64,000 bases of DNA from the NCBI GenBank assembly GCA_951406725.2, contig OX597819.1:7936001-8000000 (forward strand). Direction: 5' to 3'. This document shows positions 27,577-42,100 of this stretch, one piece after another. Every line of letters starts with the position of its first letter. The first letter of the stretch is position 1. The stretch comes from Octopus vulgaris (taxonomy: Eukaryota). The position numbers and the translations under genes were made by a program. The notes under the pieces are model-generated. The model ran no database searches, was not told the origin of the DNA, and was given only the letters and a program-made list of their open reading frames with translations.

Positions 27577-28658
27577 TACAATTTTCGAGTTCAAGCGGGA
27601 TGTAAGCACCACACACAATGCACTCCAGCGTTGTCTGGATCGTTGATAACAATAACATCACGACCAACTGGTATTGCAGTACATGTCTCTGATAAGGAAA
27701 AATTGATCTGAAATTGTGCCAACCAGCGAACACGGTGTGCATCCCGACCAACGAAGAGACACGCACCATGGGCGGACTCATGTGTGTATGTGACCTTCAT
27801 TTGCCCTCACATTGATGCACGGTGTTGTTGTTGTCTTCTTTGAGGTTATCAGGTCAGATATTTGTTTTCCATCGCACCACCAGCATTATAGTACACGCTC
27901 AACCACTGTGAAAATTAAGGGAGATTGTGGCAAAATCCTCACGAAATTTACTGCTTATGGAATGAATAATAGGTATGAATATATAGTAATAACAATAAGC
28001 AAATTTGCATAAATTGTGTTGAATAAAGGGAAAAAATGTTAAAGACAAAAAAGCTGGAAGGTTTAGTCATTGCTTCCCGTCTTTACCAAATCTGAACGGA
28101 TATAGGCTGTTACTGTGCTTAATACTTGGGGAAATTTTATTAAATTTAAATCTGAGAACGTTCGTTTGGCATTTCTGTGTCATTTGCTACCAAGGAAATC
28201 TATATGGACAAGTTGTTTTTGGTAGTAATGCCAGAAGCGATCACAATTATGCCAGAAACACGGTTCATTAGGAAATTTTCTGTTGAAAAATAGGGCTTTG
28301 TGCAAAGAAATGTCACCACAGTACTTCAAAGACATTGTTTAATCATGGAATACTGAAGACGTTCGCATTGGCATTTTAGTTGTGGCACAAAGGCTATTAT
28401 TGACGGAATATGTGCCAATAATTGTTCCAAAAAAGCATGTTCCGTTGACAAATAAGGTTTTGTGCATAACAAATGTACTCATAAACCCCTTGCAGATTGT
28501 TGCATGTTTTGACACCGAAAACATTAAAAACGGCAACGTAGATTAGAAGCAAATCTAAATATTGCCTGAAAATAACCACAAAATTGTGCGACCCGACCTC
28601 ATTTTCGAATCCATAAGGAGCATACGCACCACACACAGACACACAAAAGTCTGTTTTA

Positions 28659-28668
28659 TATATATATT

Positions 28669-28748
<80 letters not shown>

Positions 28749-28820
28749 CGTGTGGATGTATGTATGTGTGTGTGTCTGTCTGTTTGTGCGTGTGTGTCTG
28801 TATCTGTGTGTCTGTGTGTG
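28659..28820. repeat. (TA)n(TG)n microsatellite
   Basis: Directly visible. Confidence 0.95.
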
Positions 28821-29391
28821 TACTGTTGTGCTACATACTCAGGCTTAATGCATATTTGCTTGTTCAGAAAACTCTGCTAGAAAATGTATAGAATGTGTTA
28901 CAAATTTTAACTATACCAATAATCGATTATATTTTTCACTTTACTTTCATCATTGCTAGCATTACTAAGCTTTTTTGAAATTATTTTGTTACCTACCCAA
29001 CTGCATCTTTGATAGATAATTATAAGAATCCATACTTCCGATCTAAGAGTATATGTTTTGCTTTAGTTCATCGTACTTGTTAATTTTTCTACAACTTTAG
29101 ACGATACATTTATATCTGTTGCGAAGATGACCCCCACTGTAGTGCATGTAGAACATTAACAGCTCTAATGTATTTCTATTGGATGACTGTTTTTGTAGGC
29201 ATGATGTATACCTTATTTTAAACACTTGGCTACATTCTGGTGTGCCTTTTTGTTTCAGACAATTTCTTTGCATGGGTTGGCATTGTCAATAGTTTCGGTA
29301 ACATTATCTATCTCATAAGATAAACAATTTAGAAATTGTCGCTGGTTCCAAAAAAGTAAAGTGTGCATCTTTTCTAAGAGGATGTTATATA

Positions 29392-29788
29392 TCTTTATAT
29401 ATAAAAGTAAGGTTGTGTGTCTGTCTGTCTCCTACGATTTAGATTCCTAACTACTCCCACATTTTGCGGTGCAGTTTAACCAAAACCGGGTATCTTATAG
29501 TCGTGATTCATATCGAGCCCTTCTGGGTATTAGCGCGCGTCTACGATGAGTCTACGATTTAAAAAAATTTACCATCAATTTTTCCCATTTTTAATGCATT
29601 TTTGTCATATATAAGGGAAGTAACTCTCTAAAAATTTATTATTAAATCTCAGAACGTAAAAAGCTACAGTAACACCCATCCCATTTGTGGTTAGCCATAT
29701 TGAGATGGCTATTATACTTTACATCTCTAAAAATGCTTATATAGTTATTTCCCTTACAAACCCGAGCAACGCCGGGCGATACTGCTAG
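29392..29788 (+). mobile_element. Non-autonomous Helitron, copy 2
   Basis: A|TC...hairpin...CTAG|T; near-identical to 247-639. Confidence 0.85.
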
Positions 29789-30078
29789 TTTGTTATAAGC
29801 AAGCAAGAAGCTACTCTTTTTCTCCATATTGTTGAAATCCTCTAGGAATAGGTAGTCGTGCATAATTTTCGGTGGTACAATGAATGTTTCTCTCCCAAGT
29901 TTTTGTTTCAGTTGGTTAGCCCAGCTACCATTGTGTCATAGAAAACAGATACACATTCAGAGTATCTGTCCAGGTGTCCATTGTGAACTCGCAAGATGTT
30001 ATCATTTTCATGGTTAAGGAGATATATAATGTACTCAGTCTCCATTTACTGTTTAGCAGTTGGTATTTGATTGATACG

Positions 30079-30313
30079 GTAAAGGCGGCGAGCTGGCAGA
30101 AAGGTTAACACGCCGGGCGAAATGCTTAGCGGTATTTCGTCTGCGTTACGTTGTGAGTTCAAATTCTGCCGAGGTCGACTTTGCCTTTAATCCTTTCGGG
30201 GTCGATAAATTAAGTACCAGTTACGCACTGGGGTCGATGTAATCGACTTAATCCCTTTGTCTGTCCTTGTTTGTCCCCTCTATGTTTAGCCCCTTGTGGG
30301 TAGTAAAGAAATA
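30079..30313 (+). mobile_element. SINE family C
   Basis: 17-bp TSD GGTATTTGATTGATACG; box B-like GAGTTCAAATTC. Confidence 0.9.
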
Positions 30314-30690
30314 GGTATTTGATTGATACGATTAGGCCCTTAAAGGCCAATTCGGCTGACTTATGCTTCTGCCTTTATCACTCAATTTAACAGATTTTGT
30401 GTCACTATTGATATGGAAGTTCACTAGAAGTGGTTAATATCTTAGTGTTAATAGAATCAATAGCTGCAGTTTTCTTCTGGTATCCAAACTTGTATCACAA
30501 ATATCGGTATTAGTACAAGAACAACAAAAACGCATGGAATACATTATTGATTGCGGTTATCGCTGAGTGCCATACATCCTGAAGTCTGGAGTATTCCTTT
30601 GTCCGTCCAACCATACTCATTGTATCAACACAGTTTCACGATACTTGTAACTTTCCTCTGTTTCAATAACTTTACATGTTTGTATGACGC

Positions 30691-30721
<31 letters not shown>

Positions 30722-31020
30722 TGTATGTATGTATGTATGTATGTATGTATTATGTATGTATGTATGTATGTATGTATGTATTATGTATGTATGTATGTAT
30801 GTATGTATTATGTATGTATGTATGTATGTATGTATTATGTATGTATGTATGTATGTATGTATGTATGCATGCATGCATGTGTGTATGTATGTATGTATGT
30901 ATGTATGCATGTATGAATGTGTGCATGCATGCATGTATGTATGTATGTATGTATGTATGCATGCATGTATGCATGTATGTATGAGTGTACGTATCTATGT
31001 ATATATGTATGTATGTATAA
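30691..31020. repeat. (TATG)n microsatellite
   Basis: Directly visible. Confidence 0.95.
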
Positions 31021-32534
31021 TTGTATATATCTATGTAACTGTATAATAATCTGTACATATATATGTGTGTGTGTGCGCACGCGTGTATAAAAATGCATGT
31101 GTGCGGGAATGCTTGTTATTCACTCTGTGTCTGTACCACGTGATGTACGTACGTTCATGCATATTTTCAATTTAGAAAGAGTCAGCTTCAAAATATAATG
31201 TGCCGTGTTTTAATTTAGACACCAAGTTTCTCGAGTTATGAACAAGTTTAGAAGAGTCTTTCTTCGGTATTCAGGTTCCTCGACAGGCAAATAGTTTCAG
31301 AGACCTAGAAGGTTGTTATTTAGTTCTAGGTCAGTCCTAATTGAACAAACTGATAGTCGAAGATATTTTCCATATCTGACCATCCTATTTTATTTTTAGA
31401 ATAGGACTGCACTTGGGTTGTATTATCTAGTGGGAACTTCCTATTCATTAAGATAAATAAGAGATTTGAGGGTGGTTTGACTATGATTTCAAACATCCAT
31501 GTAGTTCCACCCTCATTAGTACGTCTTACCAAATTTTATTTATTTGTTCCCTTTAGCAGATAAACAGTTTCACTCTCACGATATTTCCCTTCAACAGAAC
31601 TGGTTTTATTTCACATTTCATAATGAATTGGTTTCTATTAATTGGGTATTAAGTCCAACACTTTTAGACAGGAATATAGTCGATAGTATATCACAGCAAG
31701 TAATATTCATTGCTTTTCTGAAATACACAATGAAATGGCTGCTGCTGATTTGAATACAAAGTTTCTATTCCATGTGCAGATAAGCACAAACATACAGCAA
31801 CACCAATCACATCCTACAACATGTGAGGAAGAGGGTGTGAAGGATCGGTTTCAGTAGTTTAGGGTTCCAGTGTAGGGAATCAGAAAATGTCTGAGAAATC
31901 TATTCTGTTGGCGCCAGACCAACTTCTAGCAAGACCTGTTTATGGATTCTGTTTGCGCATCAACTCTTTTCGTGCTGATGGAGAATCAAGCTGTAACCAA
32001 AACCAAAAACAATTCTATCTTTGCAGAGATTAGATTGAAAATATGATTTATTATTTTTGTCTTTCAATCACGGCTCGTTGGCCATAGAATAGTCACCCAC
32101 ACACACGCACGCACGTCTATCACATCTATCAAACACACAATAATTTTGTCTATTTTAACTAGGTACTACACTAAACGTTTAGTAGAAATAATTTTAGAAA
32201 TAAGTTATTTAAATCTTATTTATTCAGTTTAATCAACACTTTGATCTCTTTGCGAGATTTAACAGTGAACAGATATATTTTTAAACCACAAGATAAATAA
32301 TTTTCCAATCTTACGTTAATGGTAGAGATGTGTTGGCAGAAAGAGTGAGTGTATCACTCACACACACACACAAAACCCGTTTAATCCTTCGACATACATG
32401 TGTTCAAATTTCATCAGGATGATCTTTCCTTTTGAAACATCTAGGTTCAATAAAGCGATTCCCGTTCACTGACAGAGCCAATAATTGTTTAGGAATTAAC
32501 AACTAATGCAGGGCAGGAAAATTATATATATATA

Positions 32535-32954
32535 GGCGCAGGAGTGGCTGTGTGGTAAGTAGCTTGCTAACCAACCACATGGTTCCGGGTTCAGTCCCAC
32601 TGCGTGGCATCTTGGGCAAGTGTTTTCTGCTATAGCCCCGGGCCGACCAATGCCTTGTGAGTAAATTTGGTAGACGGAAACTGAAAGAAGGCTGTCGTAT
32701 ATATGTATATATATATATGTGTGTGTGTGTGTGTATGTTTGTGTGCCTGTGTTTGTCCCCTTAGCATTGCTTGACAACCGATGCTGGTGTGTTTACGTCC
32801 CCGTTACTTAGCGGTTCGGCAAAAGAGACCGATAGAATAAGTACTGGGCTTACAAAGAATAAGCCCCGGGGTCGATTTGCTCGACTAAAGGCGGTGCTCC
32901 AGCATGGCCGCAGTCAAATGACTGAAACAAGTAAAAGAGTAAAGCGTAAAAGAG

Positions 32955-32955
<1 letters not shown>
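32535..32955 (+). mobile_element. SINE family B
   Basis: Full-length copy. Confidence 0.9.
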
Positions 32956-33039
<84 letters not shown>

Positions 33040-33043
33040 ATAA

Positions 33044-33209
33044 ACGACAAGCGTCTTTCAGTTTCCTTCTACCAAATCCGCTCACAAGGCTTTGGTCGGC
33101 CTGAGGCTACAGTAGAAGACACTTGCCCAAGATGCCACGCAGTGGGACTGAACCCGGAACCATGTGGTTGGTTAGCAAGCCTCTTACCACACTGCCACGC
33201 TTGCGCCTA
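33044..33209 (-). mobile_element. SINE family B, 5' module only
   Basis: Reverse complement of the B head, ending at the microsatellite position. Confidence 0.85.
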
Positions 33210-33670
33210 CACGGCTACTCCTGTATTTATATCGAGGAAAAAGAGTTATTAAAACTTTTGGATAATTATTTATTTAGCATTTTCCTCTCATTTCAGAGAA
33301 CCCTGATGATTAGACGGTTTTCGACCCCCAAGGGTAAAATCAACTTCTGCAGTATTCGAACTAAGACCGCAAAGACGGATGGAATGCCGTTAATCATTTT
33401 GCCCCGCATTGCTAACAATTATGCCAACTCGCCACCTCAATGGAATTAAGATATCAATAACATATAGAAGTATAACCAAGGGGCTGAAGAAGATCCCAAG
33501 GTATTGAAATGAAGCATATGGGAATAAATGGTGTTTAAAAGGTCATGGTTAATAAGTTTCAAAACGTGAAAACGTTAGAAGAATTAAATGAATTAAATGA
33601 TTATGATTATGAATGCTATGATTGTATAGGTGGCTAATATAAGATGCAATAATTAAGCATGAAGTCTTAA

Positions 33671-33876
33671 CCCTTTAGCATTAAAAGGATTCTGTGAAAA
33701 GTAGTACTTATTTAGTCACATTTTTTAAAATTGATTATGCATTATCTTGTAGCTTCAAGATTGTTTATTTTTAGAATGACATTGTAGTGCAGGTTTGAGA
33801 AGCCGGATACGGCCGATTTCGCTATTAAAGAGGTAAAATATTTCGGCTAGATATAGCCAATTTAAGTACTAAAGGT
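33671..33876. mobile_element. piggyBac-like MITE, diverged
   Basis: TTAA|CCCTTTAGCATT on the left; degenerate AGTACTAAAGGT|TTAC on the right. Confidence 0.6.
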
Positions 33877-34187
33877 TTACTGAAGAGATAAAAGTTGAAG
33901 ACCTACGACGAATCTGTTGGCCATGAGCCAAACTTTGAAACCAAAATCGTAATTCCATTAACAGTCGTTTACCAATACTTAACAGTTTAACCGAGTAATA
34001 AAATCATTACCCTTCTTCTAACAACCAACATTCCTCGGACGCTTTTCAAAAATCTTCACCCATTCCAATTAGTTCCCAGGACAACCAATCGTAACAGTTG
34101 CTTACTTTTCAAACTTACCAATATATTAATTTCTCTTATTCTTCGCTTATCCCAAATGGTGTGCAACCTTTGTTTTTACTTTTGTCA

Positions 34188-34512
34188 GTGAAGGCGCGTG
34201 GCTTAGTGGTTAGGGCATTCGGCTCGCGATTGTAAGGTCGCGAGTTCGATTCCCGGCGACGCGTTGAGTCCTTGAGCAAGACACTTTATTTCACGTTGCT
34301 CCAGTCCCCTCAGCTGGTAAAAATGAGTTGTACCTGTATTTCAAAGGGCCGGCCTTGTCACACTTTGTGTCACGCTGAATCTCCCTGAGAACTACGTTAG
34401 GGGTACGCGTGTCTGTGGATTGCTCTGTCACTTGCACGTTAATTTCATCAGCAGGCTGTTCCGTTGATCAGATCAACTGGGACCCTCGTCGTCGTAACCG
34501 ACGGAGTGCTCC
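34188..34512 (+). mobile_element. SINE A3: related tRNA head, CORE-like middle, family A tail
   Basis: TGGCTTAGTGG / GTTCGATTCC boxes; GTCCTTGAGCAAGACACTTTATTTCACGTTGCTCC middle; matches family A from TGTACCTGTATTTC onward. Confidence 0.85.
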
Positions 34513-34691
34513 TTTTAATTTTGTTAGTACTTTGCTTATCTACTCATCTTCTTATGCACATGCCATCCTTCTTGCCCATCTCTTTCCATTCAGTTCCTTA
34601 TTTATTGAAAATTCATGGTAATTATTTTGATGTTTGTAAAATCCCACCGGAAATGAAACAGTTTGCAACTTAAATGCACACTCAGTAATTT

Positions 34692-35350
34692 GTATGTATG
34701 TATGTATGTATGTATGTATGTATGTATGTATGTTTGTATGTATGCATGTATGTATGTATGTATGTATGTTTGTATGTATGTATGTATGTATGTATGTATG
34801 TATGTATGTATGTATGTATGTATGTATGTATGTATGTATGTATGTATGTATGTATGAATGTGTGTGTGTATGTGTATGTATGTATGTATGTATGTATGTG
34901 TGTGTGTGTATGTATGTATGTGTGTATGTATGTGTGTATGTATGTATGTGTGTATGTATGTATGTGTGTATGAATGTGTGTGTGTATGTGTATGTATGTA
35001 TGTATGTGTGTATGTATGTATGTATGTATGTATGTATGTATGTATGTATGTATGTATGTGTGTATGTATGTATGTATGTATGTATGTGTGTATGAATGTA
35101 TGTATGTATGTATGTATGTGTGTATGTATGTATGTATGTATGTATGTATTAATGTGTGTGTGTATGTGTATGTATGTATGTATGCATGTATGTATGTATG
35201 TATGTATATATGTATGTATGTAAGCATGTATTTATATAATACACATACATATACATGTGTATCTATATATGTGTATGAGGATATATATATATATGAGTGT
35301 ACATATATATGTGTGCGTGTGCGTGTGTGTGTGTGAGTGTGTGTCTGTGT
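34692..35350. repeat. (TATG)n/(TG)n microsatellite
   Basis: Directly visible. Confidence 0.95.
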
Positions 35351-35722
35351 GTGTATGTGTGTACATGTGCACGCGTGTATATGTGCACGTAGGCGAATAT
35401 TTCATCGATAAATTCATATATATAAATCTATGAACCGCTGAGCTCAATTTAAATACATCCAGTATCGTGTATATTCCATTTTTTGTTATTCACATCTTTG
35501 GAAATGCAGCGAAAAATCTCATTGGCCTGTTGGAAACCTATATCCAGTGATATTAGGGTTCACAAAATGCATCATATAAAATAACAGAAAAACAAAAAAA
35601 AAACCCCAAAAAATGAAAATGTTGTTACCTCTTTAAATTTTCTTTTCATGATTCTGCCAAAATTTCAACAACCTTAATTTAATATTGTTATGCAAAGGAA
35701 TATGAATTGGCAGCTACCCATG

Positions 35723-36095
35723 GTGGAAGCACTCCGTCGGTTACGACGACGAGGGTTCCGGTTGATCCGAATCAACGGAACAGCCTGCTCGTGAAATTAA
35801 CGTGTAAGTGGCTGAACACTCCACAGACACGTGTACCCTTAACGTAGTTCTCGGGGATATTCAGCATGACACAGAGAGTGACAAGGCCGGCTCTTTGAAA
35901 TACAGGTACAACAGAAACAGGAAGTAAGAGTGAGAGAAAGTTGTGGCGAAAGAGTACAGCAGGGATCACCACCATCCCCCTGTCGGAGCCCCGTAGAGAT
36001 TTAGGTGTTTTCGCTCAATAAACACTCACAACGCCCGGTCTGGGAATCGAAACCGCGATCCTATGACCGCGAGCCACTGGGCCATTGCGCCTCCA
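35723..36095 (-). mobile_element. SINE family A
   Basis: TSD CAGCTACCCATG; small deletion in the head. Confidence 0.92.
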
Positions 36096-36109
36096 CAGCT
36101 ACCCATGAC

Positions 36110-36953
36110 AGGTTGCTTAAAGTATATTATTTGCTCTTTATTTTTGTCCTTTTATGCTCTGATTTCAAATCCTGTTGTGGTTCACTGCTTTTTAGTATTT
36201 AAGAGCTGAAACTGTAAGTATATTTGAATACTGGAGTAGATCTAATGGAATATACTTATCTTTTAAATTTGTGGCCTTGTACATCTGTTAGAAATAAATA
36301 TTTAGATGTGTGTCTGGGCAACGATCAGGCAGAATCGTTAGCACGCGGTAGGAAAATGCTAGCGGCATTTTTTCGTCTTTATGTTGTGAGTTCAAATTCC
36401 GCCGAGATTGACTTCGCCTTTCATCCTTTCGCGGTTGATAGCATAAGTATCTGTTGAGCCCTGGGGTCGATGCAATCAAGCTTATCCCCATACTCGAACC
36501 TGATGGCCTTGTGCCAAAACCTGAGACCAATATTTAGATGTGTGTGAGAGGGTAGGTAATAGAATGGCAGAATTGTTAGTGCCACGGATTTCAGCTACAT
36601 TCTTTATGTTATGAGATCAAATCTCACCGAAATCAACTTTATCGTTCATCTTTCAAGGCCCAGTAAAATATATGTCAAGCACAAATCACCTATTGCCTTT
36701 CCTAAAATGTGTGGTTCTGTGCTAATGCTAGAAATCAATATTTACATACCAAAATTGGTGGATTAGTAGAACCAATAGAATGACAAATCAAATAATTCAT
36801 GAATTCACCAAAGTCAAATGTTAGATTTTCATCCTCCTGGAATCTATAAAATAAGCACCAGTCAAATTCTAGGCAAGATTTAATAAACAGTATCCATATT
36901 CCAAGATATGTGGATTTGTGCCGCTAACTTTTGAAAACAATATTAAGATGTGG
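36110..36953 (+). mobile_element. Four head-to-tail diverged family C-related SINE copies
   Basis: Each unit of about 200-230 bp ends in TGG..TTGT...GA(A/G)..(C/A)AATATT; the second unit is flanked by a 17-bp direct repeat. Confidence 0.65.
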
Positions 36954-37892
36954 AATCATCGCATGTACACACAGAGACACACACAGTGTGTGTGTCGTAG
37001 TATCATCGCATGTAGTAGAGTGAAGAGTGTGCAGGGTTCCCTCAGAAAAATGCATTATTACGCAGGGCTATAATGTGTGTTCGATATCCGTTTCAAGCCA
37101 ATCCACTTCAGTTACACCTTCAATGTTGACAAGAGCATTCACAGCCATCAGATTTCTCTTCTCTGAAATGTGTGGACTTTCTCTCCTGTAAATGTATTAT
37201 CATACTAAAAGTCCTGGTCGTGGAAATTGCTGCGTCGGTAGAGTATTTACGAATATCCAATCTCAGTTTCATATTTAAATCACATTTAGTGGGAGAAAAC
37301 AATTCTCCGGAATGCACTGAATTCAGGCAACCGCTTATCTCTCTTCTACAATACATTACTATCAATCTTAGATATGCCACCTTAACTTTATTAGAAGATC
37401 ACATTAGAAATTCATCCCTATGCGAATGAGCAACCGCTATACCTCATGTTCGTTCTTTGCTGCATCATGTACGCTATTGCCGGTCCTAGCACTTGTTTTA
37501 GTTCGGCATCATCTCGATGTTATCAGATCATCAATCAAACTATGTCAAGTCGAAGTCATTCTCATTTTCAGAAATCCCGTTCAGCTCAGCTTGCGCTGAC
37601 ATATGCCTCAACAACATCACCTAACGTATCTTTCGCCGATATAGCTTATAGGCGAATATTCAGTTAGATTTGCAACCACATATTTCGAACGCTTACTATT
37701 TAGCTTTTGAGCTGATCGTTTGTGTGTTTGAAAGCTGTAGGTATGTAAGTTTCCTAACTTATTTTATTTTGAGGAAGATTTAAAATATTCACAGGAAATT
37801 GTAGATATTCCAGTCTTTAAGAATAGTAGGAGGAAGAGATGTTCACCTTGTTGGGTTTTTGAATTTCTGAATTTAAAAAAAAAAAAAATTTA

Positions 37893-38092
37893 TTTTTCTA
37901 CTAAAGGCACAAGGCCTGAAATTTAGAAGGGGGGGATAGTCGATTACAAGGACTCCATTACTCAACTAGTACGTATTTTATCGACTTCGAAAGGATGAAG
38001 GGCAAAGTCAACCATGGGGGCGCTTGAACTCCGAGTCTAAAGACGGACGAAATACCAACAATAGCTAACAATTCTGCCAGCTCGTCGCCTTG
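37893..38092 (-). mobile_element. Diverged family C-related SINE
   Basis: Contains ATCGACTTCGAAAGGATGAAGGGCAAAGTC and AACAATTCTGCCAGCTCG. Confidence 0.7.
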
Positions 38093-38093
38093 C

Positions 38094-38125
<32 letters not shown>

Positions 38126-38128
<3 letters not shown>

Positions 38129-38704
38129 CCCTGATGCAGTACCAGGTAATGCCCTGATGCAGTACCAGGCAGTGGCTCTCATGGCTTCTGATCTTAACTG
38201 ATTGGAAGTGTTATCATGTACATTGTTTTGTCTTGATATAAAAGTTGGGCTACAGCAAATATTCTGCTCAATACCACAGATTTGCTTGTCAGTTGTTTGA
38301 CCATAACCAGTTGAGCATGTCCCTTAGTGGCTGACGATATGTGCATCTCTGATCACGAGCAGAAGTAGTGGGGGAGCATCATAGCCATGTGTTGAGAGGA
38401 ATTCTTTGGGGTTTGGATAATTCACCTCTGGAAACATGGGTGTTTCGTTCAACATCCTTAAACAACCCTTATTCAGGGACCTTTCGAGTGGGATGGGTTA
38501 CTCGACCTGAAGAAAATTCTAACTGGGCCCCACCTGCAAGGTCATGTGCTGTTTATCTTAATATGAGATCACCATGTCGCGCACATATGGTTGTGATGCA
38601 TGTGCCTAGTGTACCCTTATCAGACGGGTAGTCATGATGGGTATACTGGGCTTCGTATATTTTACCCCAGTGTCACTTTGATGGCATGCACTGCTCTCTC
38701 ACTC
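38126..38704 (+). mobile_element. Non-coding element of about 580 bp inserted in (AAT)n; probable LINE 3' UTR or non-autonomous retroelement
   Basis: Complex sequence bounded exactly by (AAT)n on both sides; 5' tandem duplication of CCCTGATGCAGTACCAGG; strand inferred. Confidence 0.6.
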
Positions 38705-38758
<54 letters not shown>

Positions 38759-38859
38759 TGTTTCCGTAGAAGACACACGAAATTTCGAAATATTCTTCAC
38801 TTGATGACAATGGTACTCTTCTTTTTTTTTTGCTAATAATAATATTACTAATAATGATA

Positions 38860-39075
38860 AGTTTGACACAAGACCAGCAATGTTGTGTTGGTGGTGGTGG
38901 GGCAACTCAATTACATCAATCCCAATATTCAGCTGGTACTTATTTTATCGACCTCGAAATGGTGAAAGGCAAGGTCGACCGCGTTGTATATTTTACACAA
39001 AACGTAAGGAGTCGGAAGATATACTCGCAAAGCATTTTCTCCCGACTCTCTAACAATTCTGCTAACACCCCGCCT
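38860..39075 (-). mobile_element. Diverged family C-related SINE
   Basis: Contains CTGGTACTTATTTTATCGACCTCGAAATGGTGAAAGGCAAGGTCGACC. Confidence 0.7.
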
Positions 39076-39077
39076 AA

Positions 39078-40069
<992 letters not shown>

Positions 40070-40729
40070 TCCAGTTACGATAGAAATATCAATCTCCTGG
40101 GGTTTATTACTTTATGGATTTATGTAATATCTAAGATATCCCTGAAGTGCAATCAAGTTGATCGAACGTTTGTACTAACTTCACTGTTGCAAATGCATTA
40201 TTGGATATTCATTATGAGATATGCATTAGTAGCAAGAAAACATAAAAGCATTGCTGTTATCGCTGCCTATCTGTTGTATGGTATTTTCGTACTATTTTCC
40301 CATTTTAACTATTCTATCCTCTGTTCTTATCAATCCCTAAACAATTATGATATCGATCTCCTCTAGAATGAAAGTTGCAGAATTTGGGTAAAGTGAAGGT
40401 TTCTGTTCAATTTATAGCTTAGTTTTTATAAACATTTTAAGTGACACAGTTAGCTGAATTATGGCACCGACAGCTGTTATTCACATCAGAATAGTAGTTC
40501 AAAGCACCTCAATTGGAATGGTCCATGTTGTTGGAACAAAGGATAAATAATAACACATGCAATGTAGATGTAACAAGACGGCCTAGGTAGTTTGGTGACC
40601 TTTAATCGGTCGATCGGTCTGCTGGAAATAGCAGTTAAATCTTCCTTAAATTGCAGCCTATCATCTTGAAAAGGGAGGGAAAAATACATTGTGCATGCAA
40701 GAATGAGGATAGTAATTGCTGGAATATCT

Positions 40730-42100
40730 TTCTTTGATCAACAGCAGAAACAACATAACATCTATACCATAATCCCACACCAATATGGACTGGAAGCAAT
40801 AAATTCTTGGCTTGAGAAATTCTTTCATGAAATACCAGATGGAAATGAAAAGAGTTTCATCCCTGAATGCCTGAAATTCATCCTGGAAAACAACTTTTTG
40901 ACTTCGATTCGATGGCAATATTTACAAGCAAATATCTGGGACTGCGATGAGGACAACAATTGCTCCGACTTCCGCCAATCTAGTCATGCATACATGGAGG
41001 TCCAGATATGTGAACAACCCAAATTAATATATGGCTTAAACTTCCACAAATATATACTAGAAAACTGGAGACGTTACTTAGATGACTGCCTAAGCCTATA
41101 TTATCCACCAGAACATCCCATTACCACAACACGACCCAAGAATGAAACAAGCCTTCGGAATACACAAAATAATCAAAAATACAAAACAAAGTCCTTTCAA
41201 AAATTCCTCACAAGTGCTAAATTACCTTCTACAATTCCTATACCAACACTCAAGAGGTGTAGCCGTCCCAGTTGCGGGACCTACATCAACTTTATTGAAG
41301 ACAACATACAAATTCAAAATCAGAACGTATTTTTACTGTAAACAATTACATTACATATTCTTCAAGGAATTTAATATACGCTATCAAATGTCAAGGATGT
41401 AATGAAGATTATATAGATCAAACAAAGCTTACTCTAAGAAATAGACTGACCATTCAACGACACCGAATACGAAACCCAAGTACTACACAGATTCCACTGA
41501 GTGAACACAAAGACACATGTGCAAAAAATATTCGAGGTCTTCTCACGCTACCTATGTTCAGCGAATACCACAGATGAAGCACGGATAAACAAAGAAAATA
41601 CTTTCATACAAAAGTACAAAACAAGACTTAACAAACTTTGACAGAGTACATACACAAAAAAACTATTCACACACAAAACTCGGCCTTCTTTTTAGACGCA
41701 AAATATGCTGTCACGTGACACTAACGCACGAACGTAGCGGGAAGCCTACAAAAGGTTACAAACTTAATCATGTGTTCATTCTTTAGAAATTCTGGTCAGA
41801 AAACATTCAAAGCATTGATTGGACATGTTCTGTCAACCGTGTCAGCCTTAGCTTACGATGCCAAACATTATCACTTGATATTAACATACGAACGTAGCAG
41901 GAAACCTACAAAACTTTCGAAGAGCAGTCAAGTGACTATCCACTACCAATCAAATCCTATTCAAAACATATATTAGTTTGTGCCATGAACTCCCTATAAA
42001 AAAGGGCCAAGATTCAAAAACTTGTCACAGGCGAAAGAGCTGCGACATAAGCTACGTTTTTGAAAATCGGCGGAAAAACCGTGAAACCGGTTAAAGCTTT
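40730..42100 (+). pseudogene. Decayed, internally deleted Penelope-like retroelement (RT, GIY-YIG, 3' terminal region)
   Basis: NIYTIIPHQYGLEA, LKFILENNF, GTAM..IAP, WRRYLDDC; then NLIYAIKCQGCNEDYIDQT (GIY-YIG, about 41368-41425); hammerhead-like remnant at about 42060. Confidence 0.85.

Noticed and set aside
28040-28610. Possible very old mariner remnant on the minus strand
   Set aside because: The motif traces are too weak to support by eye
36110-36953. Repeat-spacer-like periodicity resembling a CRISPR array
   Set aside because: The 'spacers' are homologous SINE bodies of about 200 bp, the context is eukaryotic, and there are no cas genes
37080-37700. Possible pogo/Tigger-like remnant
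   Set aside because: Only a vague resemblance; no diagnostic motif or TIR found
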